Below, in pieces: positions 1-8,274 of a DNA stretch of 29,507 nucleotides. The translations under genes were made by a program, and so were the position numbers. The notes beneath the pieces are model-generated. The model was not told where the DNA came from. It was given only the letters and a program-made list of their open reading frames with translations, and searched no databases. Numbering within the stretch: position 1 is the first letter of the stretch; each line of letters opens with the position of its first letter. This DNA is from Campylobacterota bacterium. Its GTDB lineage: Bacteria; Campylobacterota; Campylobacteria; Campylobacterales; Sulfurimonadaceae. The DNA is taken from NCBI GenBank assembly GCA_034661055.1, contig JAYEKO010000083.1, positions 1-29,507 on the forward strand, written 5' to 3'.

Positions 1-4
1 TAGT

Positions 5-25
5 TTCGGTGCCAATTCGGTGCCA
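5..25. repeat. Tandem direct repeat TTCGGTGCCA x2 (11-bp period); candidate integrase arm-type binding sites
   Basis: Exact copies at 5-14 and 16-25, about one helical turn apart, lying ~23 bp before a truncated gene end. The function is inferred. Confidence 0.55.
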
Positions 26-48
26 TTATATACCTATTTAATACCTTT

Positions 49-129
49 TTAGAGGCAGCTTTTGGTTACTGTGTAGGCTGTGAAATCTATTACATTATTA
101 AAAAAGTATTCCCAAAGTTTGAACTGTAA
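49..129 (+). pseudogene. 3'-terminal fragment of a DUF4395-like membrane protein gene
   Basis: Frame +1 reads LEAAFGYCVGCEIYYIIKKVFPKFEL* (stop 127-129), matching the C-terminal E-x-x-F-G-[FY]-C-x-G-C signature of DUF4395 as I recall it. In-frame TAG at 1-3 and no ATG/GTG/TTG upstream, so the 5' part is missing. Confidence 0.7.
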
Positions 130-153
130 AAGGTATTTCAACTCGTGGCATTA

Positions 154-210
154 ACGCACTTACAAGTATGTGCGTGCTTTATCACTCTCTGGCAAGTCAA
201 ACGTTATATG
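154..210 (+). mobile_element. Partial integron attC-like site (apical stem plus right arm and R' core)
   Basis: Hairpin ACGCACTTAC-aa-GTATGTGCGT (154-175, 9/10 paired), then GCTTTATCACTCTCTGGCAAGTCAAAC and GTTATAT (203-209), an R'-like GTT core. The complementary left arm is absent. Confidence 0.5.
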
Positions 211-273
211 AAAGTATAATAGATTGATAAAGTGAATAAATTTGAATACATAGATAACAGGCTTATGATTAAC

Positions 274-341
274 ACATAACAAGTAGCAGGAGAAAAATAA
301 GTAGCCTAGCGGCGACTTATTTCTCAAGACTATTTTTATGA
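274..341 (+). mobile_element. Integron attC-like site with degenerate R' end
   Basis: R''-like ACATAAC (274-280); stem GAGAAAAATAAGTAGCC (290-306)/GGCGACTTATTTCTC (311-325) with two unpaired bases and one mismatch. The expected R' GTTATGT reads TTTATGA (335-341). Confidence 0.6.
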
Positions 342-355
342 TATTTAGCGAAATT
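332..355. repeat. 24-bp direct repeat, copy 1 (ATTTTTATGATATTTAGCGAAATT)
   Basis: 22/24 identical to 1612-1635; the two copies bracket the fic gene and its upstream region. Confidence 0.8.
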
Positions 356-435
356 TTTCGTATTTATATTCTAAGAATATATTATAAAAGAGATATTATG
401 GGCACCTCTACCCTTATGCATAAAAAGTATAAATT

Positions 436-486
436 ATTACCCATATCTTATTAATTTAGGTAAAATACTTCATAAATTACCCATAT
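436..486. promoter_or_regulatory. Repeated ATTACCCATAT motif upstream of fic; possible operator
   Basis: Exact 11-mer at 436-446 and 476-486 (40-bp period), each followed downstream by TAGGT; partial copy TACCCTTAT at 409-417. Confidence 0.4.
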
Positions 487-505
487 ATTAATAATAGGTG
501 TAAAT

Positions 506-1579
506 ATGCATAATGAGTACACACTTCCATCTCTTCCTTTAAGACAAGAGATAGAAAGTAAGAAAGTATTAAAAAAGATTGTTAGTGCCAACATTGCCCT
601 TGCTGAACTAAAAGGTGTAGTAAAATCAATGCCCAATCAAAGTATTCTTATCAATGCTCTATCTCTTCAAGAGGCTAAAGATAGTTCTGAAGTTGAAAAC
701 ATTGTTACTACTCATGATGAACTTTATCGTGCAGATATAAGCAGATCTAACATGTCGCATCAAGCAAAAGAAGTACAAAACTACAGAGAAGCTCTTTATA
801 GAGGTTTTAGTTTAGTACAAGAGCATAAGCTACTTCTTAAGAAGCATATTATAGAAATCCAGCAAGTCCTTGAAAATAATAACGCAGGGATAAGAACACA
901 AGCTGGGACAACTCTGAAAAATGAAAAAACTGCAGAAGTGATATACACACCGCCTCAAAACTATCAAGATATTCAAAATCTAATGGATAACTTAGAGCAA
1001 TATATTAACGATCCCGATATGGATGATTATGACACACTTGTAAAAATGGCAATTATTCATTATCAATTTGAATCTATCCACCCATTTTATGATGGAAATG
1101 GAAGAACAGGTCGCATCATTAACATCCTCTATCTCATGCTTAATGGTTTACTTGAGCTACCAATACTTTATTTAAGCTCTTATATCATCAATAACAAAAG
1201 TGATTATTACAGACTATTAACCCAAGTAAGAACTGAAAATTCATGGGAAGAGTGGATTCTATACATGCTTGATGGCATAGAACAGACATCTAAAGAGAGT
1301 GTAAAGCTAATTGCAAATATAAATGTAACTATGATAGAGGTAAAGGTATCGCTTAAAAATAAACTTCCAAAGATATATAGCAAAGATTTGCTTGAGCTTA
1401 TCTTTAAGCATCCTTATACAAAAATAGGATTTTTAGTAGATGAACTTGGAGTTACAAGAAAAACTGCTACATCATATCTAAGAGCCATTGCGGATATTGG
1501 TATATTAGAAAGTACAAAAGTTGGTCGTGATGTTTATTTCATTAATAAACAGTTATTCTCTTTGTTGCAGAATAGATAG
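506..1579 (+). CDS. fic: Fic-family protein adenylyltransferase (class II, SoFic-like, probable C-terminal winged helix)
   Basis: Canonical motif HPFYDGNGRTGR; N-terminal inhibitory motif SSEVEN fits (S/T)xxxE(G/N); C-terminal HTH-like LVDELGVTRKTATSYL. Confidence 0.93.
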   Translation: MHNEYTLPSLPLRQEIESKKVLKKIVSANIALAELKGVVKSMPNQSILINALSLQEAKDSSEVENIVTTHDELYRADISRSNMSHQAKEVQNYREALYRGFSLVQEHKLLLKKHIIEIQQVLENNNAGIRTQAGTTLKNEKTAEVIYTPPQNYQDIQNLMDNLEQYINDPDMDDYDTLVKMAIIHYQFESIHPFYDGNGRTGRIINILYLMLNGLLELPILYLSSYIINNKSDYYRLLTQVRTENSWEEWILYMLDGIEQTSKESVKLIANINVTMIEVKVSLKNKLPKIYSKDLLELIFKHPYTKIGFLVDELGVTRKTATSYLRAIADIGILESTKVGRDVYFINKQLFSLLQNR

Positions 1580-1611
1580 TCAATATCCACTATAGCCATA
1601 TCACCCCAGCA

Positions 1612-1635
1612 ATTTTTATGACATTTAGCAAAATT
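1612..1635. repeat. 24-bp direct repeat, copy 2 (ATTTTTATGACATTTAGCAAAATT)
   Basis: 22/24 identical to 332-355; lies between the converging stops of fic and recO. Confidence 0.8.
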
Positions 1636-1648
1636 AAATACGGTTTAC

Positions 1649-2266
1649 CTAGAGTCCTTGAGTCATGACATCCCAGAGTATATTGACTTCACCATCATCT
1701 AAAAAAAGAGTTGATTCAGTAGCGTAAAGTTCTTTGAGGGCGTTGGCAGAAACACTTAGAGTATGAGAACACTCTTTATGTGTTGGTAAAAATGCACGAA
1801 TTAATGAGACATTGTCTTGAACTAAATTATCACAAAAAAAGCAGTTCAGCTCTTCGTGTAAGCGGCCCTCATGACGTAAAATAGATACATAAGTCTCTAT
1901 GGCAACACGTTTAGAGTTCTGTTTTCCCCACCGTTTAGCTGCAGCATCAATAATGTCAAAATAGAAAGGCTCTATGGCTTCATTTTGATGTAGGTGAGGA
2001 TGAAATAGAGTAATAAACTGCTGCCATAAGCGTAGTTTATTGTAGTCTAATAGCCAGGGAAAACCTAAGTGAACTACGTCTCTAAGCTGTGAAATAGAGC
2101 TTTTAAGTGAACTGCGAGATTCAAAGTCAATCTTAAACCCTAAGTTAACGGTTCCATGACGTGCTCCATAAAAGCGATAAAGATTCTCTAAGCCCTCTCT
2201 CGTTACAATACTGACAACAAGATCTTCGTCACGAGCCCTATTTTGTTTAATGATGTAGCCTTGCAT
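1649..2266 (-). CDS. recO: Recombination protein RecO (Campylobacterota type)
   Basis: N-terminus MQGYII...DEDL...LYRFYGARH typical of epsilon RecO; EGRLH and C-x2-C...H-x2-C zinc motif; 205 aa. Confidence 0.85.
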   Translation of the reverse strand: MQGYIIKQNRARDEDLVVSIVTREGLENLYRFYGARHGTVNLGFKIDFESRSSLKSSISQLRDVVHLGFPWLLDYNKLRLWQQFITLFHPHLHQNEAIEPFYFDIIDAAAKRWGKQNSKRVAIETYVSILRHEGRLHEELNCFFCDNLVQDNVSLIRAFLPTHKECSHTLSVSANALKELYATESTLFLDDGEVNILWDVMTQGL

Positions 2267-2449
2267 GCTTTGCTTCTTTTTTACACTTTATCATAAATTT
2301 ATTTTTAAAATAATACCATTTTAAATGAGTTTTAATCAATTTACATGTAAAATATTAGAACTTTACCAAACTCTAAATAATATAATTATCTTTAGAAAAA
2401 GCTTAAAGTAGTGTAAAATTATAATAAAATTTACTAAAAGGGGTTATGA

Positions 2450-5400
2450 ATGATGGAATATTCTGATTTACTGCGTCATTCCAAGGATAACTGTGGTTTT
2501 GGACTGATTGCAAACATCAAAAACCGTGCATCTCATGAAAACTTGGAAAATGCCATTACTGCACTAGAGCGTATGATGCATCGTGGTGCTATTGCAGCCG
2601 ATGGAAAAACAGGTGATGGAAGTGGACTTTTACTTTCAATGCCGCATGAATTTATGTTAATGACGGCTAGTGAAATGGGAGTTGAACTTCCAAAGATGTA
2701 CGCTGTTGCATCAGTTTTTACAAAAGATGATACTCAGCTTGATGCTATTGAAAATATCTGTATGAACAATGATCTTAAAGTAGTTCTTCGCCGTATTGTA
2801 CCTGTTAATAGAGAAGCGCTTGGTGAACAGGCTATGGCATCTCTTCCGAATATAGTACAACTTTTTATTACACCAAACTCAATTATGGCAACAGAGCGTT
2901 TTGATGCATTACTTTATTTGAGCCGTAAAGAGAGTGAGCACCAGTTTGTAGATGATGAAAACTTCTACATTGCTTCAATGTCATCAAAGACACTCTCATA
3001 CAAAGGGTTGGTTATGCCAACTCACATTAAAGAGTTTTACACTGACTTACAGAGTAGGCACTTTAAAATCTCTTTTTCTCTTTTTCACCAACGATTTTCT
3101 ACTAATACACTTCCTAAATGGCGTTTAGCACAGCCATTTCGTTCTGTGGCACATAATGGTGAGATTAATTCAGTTGAAGGAAATCGTTTTAATGTTCAGG
3201 TAAAATCAGAATCGATTAAAAGTGATGTTTTTACTGATGAAGAGATTTCAAGAATCTTACCTATTCTTCAGCCTGGTGCATCAGACAGTGCAAGTGCCGA
3301 TAACTTCTTGGAGTTTTTACTCGTTAACGGTATGGATTTCTTTAAAGCAGTTCGTGGTGTTATTCCAGCACCTTGGCAAAATGCTCCTCATATGGACCCA
3401 GAACTTCGTGCATTTTATGAGTATCACTCAACAGTATTTGAAGCGTGGGATGGTCCGGCAGCATTTTCAGTAACAGATGGTCGTTATATTGGATGTGCCT
3501 TAGACAGAAATGGTTTACGTCCATCAAAATACACCATAACTAAGGATGATACACTGTTAATCTCTAGTGAATATGGGGTTGTTGATATTGCTGACGAAGA
3601 TATTAAAGAGCGTGGACGTTTACAGTCGGGTCAGATGATTGGACTTGACCTGAAATTTGGTAAAGTGCTTAAAGATGACCAGATTAATAACTACCTAAAA
3701 AGCTCAAATCCTTACATGAAATGGTTAAATGAGCATATGGTCTATCTGCAAGAGCATGTTGAAGAACAGTATGCAAAGCAGTGCGATTTTGATGATGAAG
3801 CATTTACATGTAGACAGCGTTTTTTTAATATTACTCAAGAGGTTGTTGAGCAGACTATTGAACCGATGATGAAAGATGGAAAAGAGGCAGTTGGTTCTAT
3901 GGGTGATGATACTCCACTTGCTGCTTTTAGTGATAAACAGAGATCTTTTGGAGACTTCTTTAAGCAGAAGTTTGCTCAAGTAACCAATCCTCCAATTGAT
4001 CCACTGCGCGAAAAAGTAGTGATGAGTCTAAATACCGGTTTTGGTGCAGTTCACAATATTTTAGATGAGATGCCATCGCATGCACACCGTCTAAAAGCAA
4101 TCTCTCCAATTATCACTAAAGAGAAGCTTGAAGTTTTAAAATCATTTGGTGATGTAAAGTCTCCACGTTTTCAGCAGCATTATGCCAATGAGACGTTCTC
4201 AACAACCTATACAGACAACCTTCAAGACTCTTTAAATAATCTTTGTGATGAAATAAGCAAGGCGGTAAATGAACGAGGCATTCGCATTGTTATTTTAGAT
4301 GACAGTGCTTTTGGTGAGAATAACTGTGCTATACCAATGTTAATGGCAGTAGGACGTGTTAATCAAACACTAAAAGATCGTGGAATTAGACACTTAGTCT
4401 CTATTATTGCCATCACCTGTGAAGTACTTGACTCTCATTCAGCAGCACTGCTTATTGGGTATGGTGTTAGTGCTATCTATCCACAACTACTTTTTGCTAC
4501 GGTAGCAAAACGTCAACAGTCAGTAAAAGATCCAGAATGTACCTGTCATGAGGCACTTAAAAATACACATACGGCACTTAATGCCGGTCTTTTGAAAATA
4601 ATGTCTAAAATGGGTATTTCTACTATTGCATCGTACCGAAACTCAGGACTTTTTGACATTATTGGACTGAGTAAAAAGATTGTGCAAGACTGTTTTGAAG
4701 AGTCGCATGTAATGATTCCAGGACTCGACTACAGTGATATAGACAAGCGATTAAAAGCTCAGCATAAAGCGGCATTTAGAAAAAGTGGTTTTAACCGTAT
4801 TTTCCCACTAAATATAGGTGGTTTTTACAAGTTTTATGTGGGTCAGGAGTATCATGACTTTGGTCCTGATGTTATTCATGCTATTCATTCATGTGTTAAA
4901 AGCGGTGAACAGAAAGACTATGATAAATTAAAAGATGTTGTCAATGGACGCGGACTTAAGTTCATTCGTGACTTCTTTAATATTGAATCAGACCGTAAGC
5001 CTATTGATGTGTCAGAGGTAGAGCCAAAAGAGGCAATTTTTAAACGCTTTGCATCAGCAGCGATGAGTTTAGGCTCAATCTCTCCTGAAGCTCATGAGAC
5101 TATTGCTGTAGCGATGAATAAAATTGGTGCGCAGTCAAACTCAGGTGAGGGCGGTGAAGACGCTGCTCGTTTTGATGATGATAGAAATTCTAAAATTAAG
5201 CAGGTCGCATCGGGACGCTTTGGTGTGACACCGGCATATTTACGTTCTGCTGAAGAGATTCAGATTAAGGTAGCACAAGGTGCAAAACCTGGTGAGGGTG
5301 GTCAATTGCCAGGTCATAAGGTAACAGCACTTATTGGTAAACTGCGTCATACGGTTCCAGGCGTAACACTTATTTCACCTCCACCACACCATGATATCTA

Positions 5401-6889
5401 CTCAATAGAAGATTTAGCACAATTAATTTTTGATCTCAAACAGGTAAATCCTACCGCAATAATTACAGTTAAATTGGTTTCAACTGCAGGTGTTGGTACT
5501 ATTGCTGCAGGTGTTGCTAAAGCGTATGCTGATAAAATTATTATTTCTGGTGGTGACGGTGGTACTGGTGCTGCACCACTGACGTCAATTAAATTTGCTG
5601 GAAATCCATGGGAGCTTGGGCTTGCAGAGGCACATAATTCTCTTAAAGCCAATAACTTACGTGGTTTAGTAGAGGTTCAAACTGATGGTGGTCTAAAAAC
5701 TGCTCTTGATGTCATCAAAGCAGCACTCTTAGGTGCAGAGAGTTACGCATTTGGTACAGGCGTACTTACTATTGTGGGTTGTAAAATGTTACGTATCTGT
5801 CATGTAAACCGCTGTTCTGTTGGTATTGCAACACAGAACAAGACTTTACGTTCAGAGCACTTTTTAGGAAATGTACAGCAGGTAGTTAATTTCTTTACAT
5901 TCTTAGCAGAAGACCTACGGGGTATTATGGCAGAGATGGGTTACAAGACTTTAGAAGAGCTTATTGGACAGTCGCAACTGCTTAAAGTTGTGAATGATGA
6001 CAAAGCTAAGAAATTTGATTTTTCAAATGTTTTACATAAAGAATCAGGTGTTGATACATGTCAGAGTGATTTCAACCATCCATTTGATTCTAATGAGTTT
6101 GAAATAGATGTTCTTAAAGAGGCAATGGCTGCTATTAAGCACCCTGAATCACCAATTCGTATTAAGCGTGATATCTGTAACTTAAATAGAAGTTTTGGTG
6201 CTCGTGTAAGTGGTGAGGTGGCACAATATTATGGTGATGCAGGTTTAGCGCCTGATACTATTGATATTCGTCTAAAGGGAATAGCAGGTCAAGCTCTTGG
6301 AGCATTTTTAATCCATGGTGTCTCTTTAACACTTGAGGGTGTTGCTAATGACTACATTGGTAAGGGAATGCATGGTGGTAAGATTATTATTACACCTGCA
6401 CACCAAGGTGAGCCATACAGTGCTGGCGGTAATACCTGTCTTTATGGAGCTACCGGCGGAAAACTTTATGCATCAGGTTCAGTAGGTGAACGTTTTGCTG
6501 TACGTAACTCTGGTGCTTTAGCTATTGTTGAAGGTACAGGTGATAATGCATGTGAATATATGACCGGCGGAATTGTAGTAATTCTTGGTAAAACAGGAAT
6601 TAACTTTGGTGCAGGTATGACAGGTGGTATTGCATTTGTCTATGATGAAAATCACGATTTTATTGAAAATGTTAATGGTGAACTTATAGAAGCAGCACGT
6701 ATCGATACTGATGATGGCGATGAAGCACGACATTATCTTAAGAAACTACTTAAAGATTATGTCGCTCATACAGGCAGCAACAAAGCACAAAAGATATTAG
6801 ACTCATTTAGAGTAGAAATCAGAAACTTCTGGTTAGTACGTCCGAAAAACTTAAAAAAATTACCTCTTAATCAGGAAAAAGGAGATTAA
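2450..6889 (+). CDS. gltB: Glutamate synthase large subunit
   Basis: Ntn-amidotransferase start DN-CGFG, HRGA, HQRFSTNT, HNGEIN; FMN domain QGAKPGEGGQLPG and PPPHHDIYSIEDL; 3Fe-4S CKMLRICHVNRC; C-terminal GXGXG repeats; 1479 aa. Confidence 0.98.
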   Translation: MMEYSDLLRHSKDNCGFGLIANIKNRASHENLENAITALERMMHRGAIAADGKTGDGSGLLLSMPHEFMLMTASEMGVELPKMYAVASVFTKDDTQLDAIENICMNNDLKVVLRRIVPVNREALGEQAMASLPNIVQLFITPNSIMATERFDALLYLSRKESEHQFVDDENFYIASMSSKTLSYKGLVMPTHIKEFYTDLQSRHFKISFSLFHQRFSTNTLPKWRLAQPFRSVAHNGEINSVEGNRFNVQVKSESIKSDVFTDEEISRILPILQPGASDSASADNFLEFLLVNGMDFFKAVRGVIPAPWQNAPHMDPELRAFYEYHSTVFEAWDGPAAFSVTDGRYIGCALDRNGLRPSKYTITKDDTLLISSEYGVVDIADEDIKERGRLQSGQMIGLDLKFGKVLKDDQINNYLKSSNPYMKWLNEHMVYLQEHVEEQYAKQCDFDDEAFTCRQRFFNITQEVVEQTIEPMMKDGKEAVGSMGDDTPLAAFSDKQRSFGDFFKQKFAQVTNPPIDPLREKVVMSLNTGFGAVHNILDEMPSHAHRLKAISPIITKEKLEVLKSFGDVKSPRFQQHYANETFSTTYTDNLQDSLNNLCDEISKAVNERGIRIVILDDSAFGENNCAIPMLMAVGRVNQTLKDRGIRHLVSIIAITCEVLDSHSAALLIGYGVSAIYPQLLFATVAKRQQSVKDPECTCHEALKNTHTALNAGLLKIMSKMGISTIASYRNSGLFDIIGLSKKIVQDCFEESHVMIPGLDYSDIDKRLKAQHKAAFRKSGFNRIFPLNIGGFYKFYVGQEYHDFGPDVIHAIHSCVKSGEQKDYDKLKDVVNGRGLKFIRDFFNIESDRKPIDVSEVEPKEAIFKRFASAAMSLGSISPEAHETIAVAMNKIGAQSNSGEGGEDAARFDDDRNSKIKQVASGRFGVTPAYLRSAEEIQIKVAQGAKPGEGGQLPGHKVTALIGKLRHTVPGVTLISPPPHHDIYSIEDLAQLIFDLKQVNPTAIITVKLVSTAGVGTIAAGVAKAYADKIIISGGDGGTGAAPLTSIKFAGNPWELGLAEAHNSLKANNLRGLVEVQTDGGLKTALDVIKAALLGAESYAFGTGVLTIVGCKMLRICHVNRCSVGIATQNKTLRSEHFLGNVQQVVNFFTFLAEDLRGIMAEMGYKTLEELIGQSQLLKVVNDDKAKKFDFSNVLHKESGVDTCQSDFNHPFDSNEFEIDVLKEAMAAIKHPESPIRIKRDICNLNRSFGARVSGEVAQYYGDAGLAPDTIDIRLKGIAGQALGAFLIHGVSLTLEGVANDYIGKGMHGGKIIITPAHQGEPYSAGGNTCLYGATGGKLYASGSVGERFAVRNSGALAIVEGTGDNACEYMTGGIVVILGKTGINFGAGMTGGIAFVYDENHDFIENVNGELIEAARIDTDDGDEARHYLKKLLKDYVAHTGSNKAQKILDSFRVEIRNFWLVRPKNLKKLPLNQEKGD

Positions 6890-6891
6890 TA

Positions 6892-8274
6892 ATGAGAGAA
6901 TTTATTAATACAGAGCGAATCGATCCTAGCAAACGATTAGTGGTAGAGCGTGTTAAAGACTTTGGTGAAATCTATGAGCTATTCAATACTCACAGTGCCG
7001 CAACTCAGAGTGAACGCTGTATTCAGTGTGGGGATCCATTTTGTCTTAACAAATGTCCACTGCAAAATTACATTCCTCAATGGTTGAAATCTGTATCTGA
7101 AAAAGATTTGGAGTTTGCATTTAAGCTTTCAAATGAGCCGTCACCATTTCCAGAGGTTATGGGACGTGTCTGTCCTCATGATAGACTCTGTGAAGGTGAC
7201 TGTACTCTTAATGATGGTCATGGTGCCATTACTATTGGTTCCGTTGAGACATTTATTACAGAAGAGGGATTCAGACAAGGATTTAAACCTGATTTTCCTG
7301 GTATTACAAGTGATAAAAAAGTGGCAATCATTGGCTCTGGTCCTGCCGGACTCTCTGCTGCAACGTATCTGCTTCGTTCTGGAATTGCAGTGACAATGTA
7401 TGAGCGTAGTGACAGAGCAGGTGGGCTGCTTACTTATGGTATTCCAAACTTTAAACTTGACAAGAAAATAGTTGAGCGACGTGTGCATCTTCTTGAAGAA
7501 GCAGGTATGAAGCTTGTGCTAAACTGCAGTGTTGGTGATGATATTACTTTTGATGAGATTGCTGATGCTCATGACGCTATTTTTGTTGGTATTGGCGCAA
7601 CTCAAGGGAAAAATGCAGGTCTTGCTGGTGAAAATTCGCCAAATATTTATGCAGCTATGCAGTATTTAACAGCAATTCAACGTAAAAACTTTGATCTTGA
7701 TTATGCTAAAGAGTTTGATTTTAAAGATTTGAATGTTGTAGTTATTGGTGGTGGCGATACGGCTATGGACTGTCTTAGAACTGCAAAACGTGAAGGTGCA
7801 AAAAGTGTAACGTGTCTCTATCGTCGTGATGCACAAAATATGCCAGGAAGTCGTAAAGAATATAAAAATGCGATGGAAGAGGGTGTTGATTTTTTATTTT
7901 TCACGTCACCAAAAGAGATGATTATTGGAGATGATGGTAAAGCAGTAGCAGTAGAAGTAGTTAAAACAGTTTTAGGTGCTAAAGACGATAGTGGCCGTCA
8001 GAGAATGGAAGAGCTAAAAGGCAGTGAACTTTGTGTTAGTGCCGATGTTGTTATTATGGCACTTGGTTTTGATACAGAGGTGCCATCATTTTTAGCTGAA
8101 AACGGTATTGAGACCAATGAGTGGGGTGAAATTTTAATTGACAAAAATCATCAAACAAGCAGCGCTGGTATTTATGCCGGTGGTGACTGTTTTCGTGGTG
8201 CCGACTTAGTGGTTACTGCAGCATATGATGGTCGTGAAGCAGCCCGTGCAATTGCGGATTCTCTTTTACAATAG
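6892..8274 (+). CDS. gltD: Glutamate synthase small subunit
   Basis: RCIQCGDPFC...CP and GRVCP Fe-S motifs; IIGSGPAG FAD site; VIGGGDTAMDC NAD(P)H site; directly follows gltB. Confidence 0.97.
   Translation: MREFINTERIDPSKRLVVERVKDFGEIYELFNTHSAATQSERCIQCGDPFCLNKCPLQNYIPQWLKSVSEKDLEFAFKLSNEPSPFPEVMGRVCPHDRLCEGDCTLNDGHGAITIGSVETFITEEGFRQGFKPDFPGITSDKKVAIIGSGPAGLSAATYLLRSGIAVTMYERSDRAGGLLTYGIPNFKLDKKIVERRVHLLEEAGMKLVLNCSVGDDITFDEIADAHDAIFVGIGATQGKNAGLAGENSPNIYAAMQYLTAIQRKNFDLDYAKEFDFKDLNVVVIGGGDTAMDCLRTAKREGAKSVTCLYRRDAQNMPGSRKEYKNAMEEGVDFLFFTSPKEMIIGDDGKAVAVEVVKTVLGAKDDSGRQRMEELKGSELCVSADVVIMALGFDTEVPSFLAENGIETNEWGEILIDKNHQTSSAGIYAGGDCFRGADLVVTAAYDGREAARAIADSLLQ

Noticed and set aside
5..26. 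TTCGGTGCC / GGCACCGAA resembles the 3' hairpin of Cas9 tracrRNAs
   Set aside because: The copies are direct, not inverted, so no hairpin forms; no cas genes or array in the window.
149..209. CATTAAC...GTTATAT read as a complete ~60-nt attC
   Set aside because: The internal hairpin is off-centre and the arms next to the cores do not pair; only a half site is supported.
451..636. 61-aa antisense ORF over the fic start as a possible antitoxin
   Set aside because: No recognisable motif, mostly antisense to fic, and this Fic already carries its inhibitory motif.
1612..1639. 24-bp repeat as a canonical XerCD dif or XerH difH site
   Set aside because: It ends in TTAAAT but lacks the TTATG of the XerD arm and the TTGAAAA/TTTTCA pattern of difH; kept only as an unassigned site.
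2340..2351. Palindrome TTTACATGTAAA upstream of gltB as an operator
   Set aside because: The same 12-mer occurs inside coding regions (near 8673 and 17597), so chance in AT-rich DNA is likely.
2446..2466. Short out-of-frame ORF (MNDGIF*) overlapping the gltB start as a regulatory leader
   Set aside because: Its ATG is too close to the GGGG SD, which is properly spaced for the gltB ATGs; no Glu/Gln codon run.
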